From Mayamaea pseudoterrestris (Eukaryota): 64,000 nucleotides of DNA. Made by a program: the position numbers and the translations under genes. Where the stretch lies: positions 1,984,001 to 2,048,000 of the forward strand of contig BROI01000001.1 of assembly GCA_027923505.1 (NCBI GenBank), in the 5' to 3' direction. Under the pieces are notes generated by a model. The model was not told the DNA's origin. It was given only the letters and a program-made list of their open reading frames with translations, and made no database searches. Each line of letters opens with the position of its first letter. Positions within the stretch are counted from its first letter, which is position 1. Below are positions 55,801-64,000 of this stretch, in pieces.

Positions 55801-58800
55801 ATAGTTTGATTGGTTTGGATTTATAGACTGTGCTGTTGTTCTATTTAGCGGCCCATCTACTCCCACAGCTTTCCCAAAACTTGAGCTTGCCAGGTTTGTT
55901 TGGGTTTGTTGGCCTCATTGATACTTTGGCTGAAGGTGGCAATGTTTGTAATTGATGGGGATGCCCAGCGGACCTGGTGGTGTGGTGTGGCAACGTACGG
56001 GATACTTAGCTATGTGGAAGCCAGCATATCTATTCCCAAAACTTGTAGGATTTGCATGACCGCCAAGGTTGCAGAGGTTGATTGACCTTACCAAAAGCAT
56101 AATGAAAGGTGGGAATGCTTCAAATGATGGGGATCACCAAAGTTCTGTGGGTGCTGCCGCTGCTGCTGCTGCGTGACATACAGTCGCACGGAATACAGCC
56201 TATCTACTCCTGTTTTGCCAGGAAAACATGAGTTGTCCAACATTGTAAGTGTCATAGTACCTCATGTATACCTTGTCTAAAGGTGGCAATGGCTAAAAAG
56301 ACAATCACATCCATAGTTTGATTGGTTCGGATTTATAGACTGTGCTGTTGTTCTATTTGGCCCATCTACTTCCAAAGCTTTCCCACAACTTGAGCTTGCC
56401 AGGTGTGTTTGGGTTTGTTGGCCTCATTGATATCTTAACTGAAGGTGGCAATGTTTGTAATTGATGGGGATGCCCAGCGGACCTGGTGGTGTGGTGTGGC
56501 GGTGTACGGGATACTTAGCTATGTGGAAGCAAGCATGTCTACTCCCAAAACTTGTAGGATTTGCATGACCACCAAGGTTGCAGAGGTTGATTGACCTTAC
56601 CAAAAGCATAATGAAAGGTGGGAATGCTTCAAATGATGGGGATCACCAAAGTTCTGTGGGTGCTGCTGCTGCTGCTGCAAGACATACAGTCGCATGGAAT
56701 ACAGCGTATCTACTCTTGTTTTGCCAGGAAAACATGAGTTGTCCAACATTGTAAGTGTTATAGGTTCCTCATGTATACCTTGTCTTAAGGTGGCAATGGC
56801 TAAAAAGACAATCACATCCAGAGTTTGATAGGTTCAGATTTATAGACTGTGCTGTTGTTCTTTTTAGCGGCCCATCTACTCCCACAGCGTTCCCAAAACT
56901 TAAGCTTGCCAGGTTTGTTTGGGTTTGTTGGCCTCATTGATATTTTGGCTGAAGGTGGCAATGTTTGTAATTGATGGGGATGCCCAGCGGACCTGGTGGT
57001 GTGGTGTGGCGATGTATGGGATACTTAGCTATGTGGAAGCAAGCATATCTACTCCCAAAACTTGTAGGATTTGCATGACCACCAAGGTTGCAGAGGTTGA
57101 TTGACCTTACCAAAAGCATAATGAAAGGTGGGAATGCTTCAAATGATGCGGATAGCCAAAGTTCTGTGGTTGCTGCTGCTGCTGGTGCGTGACCTACAGT
57201 CGCACGGAATACAGCGTATCTACTCCTGTTTTGCCAGGAAAACATGAGTTGTCCAACATTGTAAGTATTATAAGTTCCTCATGTAACCTTGTCTAAAGGT
57301 ACGTATGGGATACTTAGCTATGTGGAAGCAAGCATATTTATTACCCAAACTTGAAGGATTTGCATGACCACCAAGGTTGCAGAGGTTGATTGACCTTACC
57401 AAAAGCATAATGATAGGTGGGAATGCTTCAAATGATGGGGATCACCAAAGTTCTGTGGGTGCTGCCGCTGCTGCTGCGTGACATACAGTCGCACGGAATA
57501 CAGCGTATCTACTCCTGTTTTGCCAGGAAAACATGAGTTGTCCAACATTGTAAGTGTTATGAGTACCTCATGTATACCTTGTCTAAAGGTGGCAATGGCT
57601 AAAAAGACAATCACATCCATAGTTTGATTGGTTTGGATTTATAGACTGTGCTGTTGTTCTATTTAGTGGCCCATCTACTCCCACAGCTTTCCCAAAACTT
57701 GAGCTTGCCAGGTTTGTTTGGGTTTGTTGGCCTCATTGATACTTTGGCTGAAGGTGGCAATGTTTGTAATTGATGGGGATGCCCAGCGGACCTGGTGGTG
57801 TAGTGTGGCGATGTATGGGATACTTAGCTATGTGGAAGCAAGCATATCTATTCCCAAAACTTGTAGGATTTGCATGACCACCAAGGTTGCAGAGGTTGAT
57901 TGACCTTACCAAAAGCATAATGATAGGTGGGAATGCTTCAAATGATGGGGATCACCAAAGTTCTGTGGGTGCTGCCGCTGCTGCTGCTGCGTGACATACA
58001 GTCGCACGGAATACAGCGTATCTACTCCTGTTTTGCCAGGAAAACATGAGTTGTCCAACATTGTAAGTGCTATAAGTTCCTCATGTATACCTTGTCTAAA
58101 GGTGGCAATGGCTAAAAAGGCAATCACATCCATAGTTTGATTGGTTTGGATTTATAGACTGTGCTGTTGTTCTATTTAGCGGCCCATCTACTCCCACAGC
58201 TTTCCCAAAACTTGAGCTTGCCAGGTTTGTTTGGGTTTGTTGGCCTCATTGATACTTTGGCTGAAGGTGGCAATGTTTGTAATTGATGGGGATGCCCAGC
58301 GGACCTGGTGGTGTGGTGTGGCAACGTACGGGATACTTAGCTATGTGGAAGCCAGCATATCTATTCCCAAAACTTGTAGGATTTGCATGACCGCCAAGGT
58401 TGCAGAGGTTGATTGACCTTACCAAAAGCATAATGAAAGGTGGGAATGCTTCAAATGATGGGGATCACCAAAGTTCTGTGGGTGCTGCCGCTGCTGCTGC
58501 TGCGTGACATACAGTCGCACGGAATACAGCCTATCTACTCCTGTTTTGCCAGGAAAACATGAGTTGTCCAACATTGTAAGTGTCATAGTACCTCATGTAT
58601 ACCTTGTCTAAAGGTGGCAATGGCTAAAAAGACAATCACATCCATAGTTTGATTGGTTCGGATTTATAGACTGTGCTGTTGTTCTATTTGGCCCATCTAC
58701 TTCCAAAGCTTTCCCACAACTTGAGCTTGCCAGGTGTGTTTGGGTTTGTTGGCCTCATTGATATCTTAACTGAAGGTGGCAATGTTTGTAATTGATGGGG

Positions 58801-59631
58801 ATGCCCAGCGGACCTGGTGGTGTGGTGTGGCGGTGTACGGGATACTTAGCTATGTGGAAGCAAGCATGTCTACTCCCAAAACTTGTAGGATTTGCATGAC
58901 CACCAAGGTTGCAGAGGTTGATTGACCTTACCAAAAGCATAATGAAAGGTGGGAATGCTTCAAATGATGGGGATCACCAAAGTTCTGTGGGTGCTGCTGC
59001 TGCTGCTGCAAGACATACAGTCGCATGGAATACAGCGTATCTACTCTTGTTTTGCCAGGAAAACATGAGTTGTCCAACATTGTAAGTGTTATAGGTTCCT
59101 CATGTATACCTTGTCTTAAGGTGGCAATGGCTAAAAAGACAATCACATCCAGAGTTTGATAGGTTCAGATTTATAGACTGTGCTGTTGTTCTTTTTAGCG
59201 GCCCATCTACTCCCACAGCGTTCCCAAAACTTAAGCTTGCCAGGTTTGTTTGGGTTTGTTGGCCTCATTGATATTTTGGCTGAAGGTGGCAATGTTTGTA
59301 ATTGATGGGGATGCCCAGCGGACCTGGTGGTGTGGTGTGGCGATGTATGGGATACTTAGCTATGTGGAAGCAAGCATATCTACTCCCAAAACTTGTAGGA
59401 TTTGCATGACCACCAAGGTTGCAGAGGTTGATTGACCTTACCAAAAGCATAATGAAAGGTGGGAATGCTTCAAATGATGCGGATAGCCAAAGTTCTGTGG
59501 TTGCTGCTGCTGCTGGTGCGTGACCTACAGTCGCACGGAATACAGCGTATCTACTCCTGTTTTGCCAGGAAAACATGAGTTGTCCAACATTGTAAGTATT
59601 ATAAGTTCCTCATGTAACCTTGTCTAAAGGT
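49893..59631. repeat. Tandem satellite array: 18 full ~510-bp units + 2 partial units, each full unit a trimer of ~170-bp monomers
   Basis: Unit starts (gtggcaatggctaaaaag) at 49893, 50400, 50910, 51420, 51928, 52438 (partial), 52713, 53223, 53733, 54241, 54751, 55258, 55771, 56283, 56790, ~57300 (partial), 57589, 58102, 58614 and 59121. Full units are 507-513 bp. Confidence 0.97.
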
Positions 59632-59832
59632 ACTGTAGCACTGTGTAGCTGGTTACTGTGTGGATGTTTGCCCTCCCAAACAACTGATGCTATGTGTGAG
59701 CTGGGAATGATTGTTTTGCACCAGTCTCACTGCATCCGTGTCCCCAATGATAGCCAGAACAGAATTCATGGAACAAGATTATTGTTGGTAGTCGTTGAAG
59801 GCCACACACTGTAGCACAATGGATTTGGTTGC

Positions 59833-59851
59833 GGTAGGATATATCCGGACA
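59833..59851. repeat. 19-bp direct repeat GGTAGGATATATCCGGACA, right copy
   Basis: Identical to 49515-49533, same orientation, on the other side of the array. Confidence 0.85.
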
Positions 59852-60473
59852 TGTCTCAGGATATTTCTTGGAATACTGCAGCTGCGACATTGATGATGTC
59901 ATGGTTGTGGTGCATGCAATGACCCCTAGGGTAAATGTGTTAGCTATCCCAAACACATTGCTTTACTTTAGTAGTATGCTCTCATAGAGCCATTGATTAC
60001 CACTCAATTACTGCAATTTCTAGCCTCTTCTTCTGTTCCATATAGACTTAAATTGTTGGCACCGACCCATTAAATGGTTGCTTTGAAGGCCAGTGTTGTT
60101 CTTACTGTGTCTACTGTTTGACAGTCTTTGTGTGAGCGGAGCACGTAAAAGTCTTTGCAGGCTTTGTGACACCATTGATCCTACCACCTCCCCGCCCCGC
60201 GAATGTGTTTTGCTTTTGTTTACTTGTTTGATGTCGCCGCGTTACAGTATCGGGAGCTACGGAGGAGACAAGACGTAAATGAGTGACGAGTTGGAAGATG
60301 ATGAAAGATCCAAGCCTTCATTCGTGATTGGGTCTTGCAATGACTGGAATTGTGACCGCGCCATCGCGCCCTCGGCAAATCGAGGACGATCACTTCACAT
60401 GCATTTATCACATTACTTGTTAAGACGCACACTGACCTAAATTATATTGAATAACTCACTACTACTGTCACAT

Positions 60474-61169
60474 ATGAGTGGAGAACGATCAATCGAGGAG
60501 ATTCAGGCTCGAATCGCTGCCTTGAAAGCCACGATTGCCGAAGCGGAAGGCAAGCCAGTTGCCAATATTGAATCAACGAACACTAGCATCAGCAACCAAG
60601 GCAATAACAGCAGCAATGCACCAGCAACAAAACTCTTTACACCAAAGCTAGCCGTCGATCAAGTTAGTACAAAATCGGATCCGCGTCACGCGGTCATTCA
60701 GTACGCCAAACCGCAAGGCATTGACGTTGTTCCAACTCCACTGAAATCACAAAACGACGACGTTGACTACAGCTACGCCAAGGACGGATCCGTCTACTAC
60801 ACAGACAAGCTTGAAAAGCAAAGAAACGTTTGGGAGAAACCTGCCTGGGCCATGGGAACAAAACCACTCAAAACGTCGGAATTTTCGGAGCAGCTGCGCA
60901 GTGGCGACGACTTGGCCCGACCAATCACCTTTTTCAATGGCCGCGACGAGTCGGAAAGTGCCGAGGCAAACGGCATGATTGTCAATCTGTCCGGCAGCAG
61001 CGGCAATCGCATCAAGCCAGTCGATAGCAAGATTGAATGGACAAAGCCGGCGTGGAGTGAAAAGGTGAATTTGCGAGAAACCAACAATGGAGAAAAGCTA
61101 CATCAAGGACGAGAGATTGCCAAGCCGATCGGAGGCATTCGGGCGCCGGAGCGAGTGGCTGGATCGTAA
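60474..61169 (+). CDS. Hypothetical protein with two WxKPAW repeats
   Basis: ATG at 60474; N-terminal coiled coil; repeats WEKPAWAMGTKPLKTSEFSEQLRSGDDLARPI and WTKPAWSEKVNLRETNNGEKLHQGREIAKPI. Confidence 0.75.
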   Translation: MSGERSIEEIQARIAALKATIAEAEGKPVANIESTNTSISNQGNNSSNAPATKLFTPKLAVDQVSTKSDPRHAVIQYAKPQGIDVVPTPLKSQNDDVDYSYAKDGSVYYTDKLEKQRNVWEKPAWAMGTKPLKTSEFSEQLRSGDDLARPITFFNGRDESESAEANGMIVNLSGSSGNRIKPVDSKIEWTKPAWSEKVNLRETNNGEKLHQGREIAKPIGGIRAPERVAGS

Positions 61170-61331
61170 GGGAGACGAACTTGTATTTATGAATCTAGTT
61201 GACTCTTTAATTAACAGTTAGCAATGTGAATTTGCGTAGTGCACGCCTAGTGCTGCTGACAAGCTCCATGACGATGAACCTCTGCAATAAACTGTATTAT
61301 GACACATTACTCATCTATTACATCAGTCACT

Positions 61332-62351
61332 TCAATCACAGTACTTAGTTGACAGTCCCATGCTGTGCATCATGGCGACATCCACCGCATACATTTCGCA
61401 AATCTTTTGCAGCATGTCCTGCGTGCAGTCGCTCGCCGACATGTTTGCCAACACCAAACTCGTTGCCGTCTCTGAATCACTCCGGTCGCGCACGCGAATA
61501 GTTCGGTTCGTAAAGTAGTTTGACAAGACGTGTAAATGCTCCAACTGAAACACGCGCAGTTTGACGCCATGTAGCAGTCGCAAGTGCGACAGCATTGGAA
61601 CCAAGTGAACGTCATTGGCGGCCTGCGTCTCCATGTACGTCATGGCGCATTCAATGGTGCGCGTCGCCGACGGCAGGAGACATGCTTTTCTCAAATCATG
61701 GTGATAGTGCATGACTTGCTGGACGGCGCTGATGAAACGATCGACTGGATCGCGGACAATGGTAAAAACAACTTGCTGAGACGGGTGTAGCGACAGGCTT
61801 TCAATATGTATTTGCCGTTCATGCTCATTTCGTAGTCGTTGCTGCAGATTGCTGGAACCAAACGAGCTTTGATAAGTGTTGACATGGACGTCAAGATTCG
61901 GATTCCGCCTTGACCACTGCTTCCGCAGCGCTTGAAAGATAGCCTTGACACTGCTTCCTCCACATTTATGAATGTGAATGAAACTGACGTTTGCCGGAAT
62001 GTGCATCCATGATGCTTGGGTTGCAGCCATGACGTTTCGCGTCGACCAGCGCAAGGACGTAATGGCTGGAAGATTTGGATTCATCGAGCGCCACGTTTGA
62101 TTCAAGGTGATATTCTGCTGCTCCAGAAACTTGCCGAGCTCAAAATAGACACAAGGAGACTCGGGATGACTGCAGTTGAACATATGGCGGCGTTGGCTGT
62201 TTGTGAGACTCTTGTCGACGAGACTTTTTTGTCGAGAGATGCTCGTCGTTCCTTTCGAGCTTGTAGACAGCTGCATATATTGCAAGCTTGCAAAACTTGC
62301 GACAAGAACTAGACATACTATGACTGACAAACCAAACCGAAATAGTCTCAT
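61332..62351 (-). CDS. Golgi-type (type II membrane) sulfotransferase, Sulfotransfer_2 family
   Basis: N-terminal signal anchor; 5'-PSB motif FIHIHKCGGSS; 3'-PB motif IVRDPVDRFISA; HLVPM; C-terminal ICEMYAVD. Confidence 0.85.
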   Translation of the reverse strand: MRLFRFGLSVIVCLVLVASFASLQYMQLSTSSKGTTSISRQKSLVDKSLTNSQRRHMFNCSHPESPCVYFELGKFLEQQNITLNQTWRSMNPNLPAITSLRWSTRNVMAATQASWMHIPANVSFIHIHKCGGSSVKAIFQALRKQWSRRNPNLDVHVNTYQSSFGSSNLQQRLRNEHERQIHIESLSLHPSQQVVFTIVRDPVDRFISAVQQVMHYHHDLRKACLLPSATRTIECAMTYMETQAANDVHLVPMLSHLRLLHGVKLRVFQLEHLHVLSNYFTNRTIRVRDRSDSETATSLVLANMSASDCTQDMLQKICEMYAVDVAMMHSMGLSTKYCD

Positions 62352-62567
62352 GGAAGCTAATAGTCAAGCTGTTCAATCATGGCATGACAGCGTGGACCGA
62401 TCATCCAATGCGGAAAAACTGTCAGGCAAGTATGAGTACCGTAAAGACCTGATGACGTTTTCCATCGAATTGCCTTCCGTTGACTTTGAAATTTGAAATT
62501 CGACACAAACGATGTGCGCGCAATTGAACCCTACAGTACACTTGACACCACTTGATCGATCCAAAGC

Positions 62568-63409
62568 ATGACCATGGTGCTTGGAACAAGAGGAATGTAA
62601 GTTAGAAAGTGCAAAAGGTTAAAAGCTAGAGTGCTGCCGCGTGCGAAGCGAGATTTCCGCAATCTTTGTCATCGTCATTGTCCGGCAAGTAGAAGGCTCT
62701 CACCGCTCACCGCTCGCCCCTCACTGCTTGCCGTGATGCCAACAGAAAGTTGGTTGCTGCTCTTGGTTGTTCTATTGCGTATGCCTTTACACTATTTGGA
62801 AGTTTCAGCCGACAGTCATTCAACTTGAAGCTTGGCGTCGGCGAGGAGCAGGAAATTGAACTGACGATACACTTTGGCTACCACGGCTACTGCATCGATC
62901 ATCCTAGCGTAGGATGCACCAACTATGCCAACGATGAAGCAATACTTCAGCCAATCGACGAGGAGTTGCTTCTTCAAGTGGGACAGTACTTGTCGTACGC
63001 TTCCATTGGATTGGGTTTCATAGCAATGTCCTTCATCGGTATGAGCCTCTTGGTTGATTTTAAACGAAAAACGCACGTCATATGGGGCATGCTGTTGGGA
63101 ATGACACTTCCACTGTCTTCGTTCGGAGTAAGTTCATTGGCATATGCCTTTACTGACTGCATCAACCAAGACGATCCTTCGCAGTTTCGTTGTCGACCAG
63201 GTTTGGGCAGCATTCTCGCATTCGCGGGAGGTGTCCTGTATTTTGTCACTACTTGCATCCTTTGCTGCTGCTGCATCTCACAGCCCGTTTTGGAGGAGGT
63301 ACGATTTCAAAATGGACCCAAAGTGGAAGAGGAAGCTGGGTCCGTCCTTGATTCGACAACCTCGGAGCCTTGCGCGGAAAGCAGCATATCGTCACGGTCC
63401 GAGGAATAA
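62568..63409 (+). CDS. Four-TM claudin/PMP22-like membrane protein, intron 62597-62745
   Basis: A GTAAGT..AACAG intron gives MTMVLGTRGI|KLVAALGCSIAYAF in frame. Four hydrophobic helices, FGYHGYC..C in loop 1, a C..C pair in loop 2 and a CCCC cluster after TM4. Confidence 0.7.
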
Positions 63410-64000
63410 GGGTCAACGGCGTTCTTTGAAATAATAGATATATATGTAAGAATGGAATGTAAAGTATATGTTGACTGCTCAACCGGTTAAGCTAGCTAAT
63501 TCGGCAAACGATACTCGGACTTTCGCACACATCGAACTCGCGCTGGTTCAATCATGAGTGTGGTACTTCGATTCTTTCCTTTAGCGTCTTGACTAACATT
63601 TCTCCAGTACCGCGCATAAACATCATTGCAGGTCAGGAGTCAAGTGATCAAGCGATACATAGGACGATGGCAAAAAATGGATCGATGCAAAGCGTCGAGA
63701 CGGGACCAGTTCTGGGCGTCGGCGTCATCATGAAAAGTCGAAATGACTCATTCAATGACTGCAGTCGTGCATTCTAATCATGCGCCCAAAAATTTGGAGT
63801 TGTGACCAAAAGCATTGGCGGTTGCAGTAGCAGCCGCATCGAAACAGCATGACGATGGCATGACGAAGACGACCTCTCTCTCACACAGGTTTGTTCATTG
63901 GCATGAGCAGTCCGTCTAAAATTCACTTATTGTCGAGAGAGTGGGACAGACAATAGCATTGAGGCTGCAAGGAACGAGGCGGTAGCGCAAATAGGTCAAC

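Noticed and set aside
50034..59576. Dozens of repeated 61-103 aa ORFs in the array as a tandem peptide gene family
   Set aside because: The frames I translated are interrupted by stops, some units carry 1-bp indels (508, 509, 512 bp), no domain is recognisable, and the variation follows CpG decay rather than codon structure.
49893..59631. CRISPR array or tandem 5S/tRNA/snRNA gene cluster
   Set aside because: Whole units repeat with no unique spacers, there are no cas genes, the context is eukaryotic, and I recognise no 5S, tRNA or snRNA sequence. An Rfam/Infernal scan would be needed to exclude an unknown ncRNA.

Overview
Compact eukaryotic genomic DNA that looks like a diatom (inferred from short 74-149 bp GT-AG introns, signal peptide + 'AF' plastid-targeting presequences and diatom-type gene families). 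Bases 1-49.4 kb and 60.4-63.4 kb hold about 28 densely packed protein-coding genes, several of which the ORF track splits at introns. The dominant non-coding feature is a 9.7-kb tandem array (49893-59631) with three nested levels: diverged ~170-bp monomers form ~510-bp trimers, and these sit in two near-exact ~2.3-kb block duplications. The array is strongly CpG-depleted, copies differ by CG->TG/CA changes, and it is flanked by a 19-bp palindromic direct repeat, making it a candidate methylated or centromere-type satellite. Notable proteins are a U1-C homologue missing all four zinc ligands but carrying a WW domain, a predicted plastid kinase-PDZ-PP2C fusion, an intron-joined UBA/ZnF-UBP-sirtuin fusion, and a STAND-like ATPase with degenerate Walker motifs plus a tandemly duplicated fossil of its 3' end 6.6 kb away. 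All family calls come from motif recognition by eye; no searches were run.
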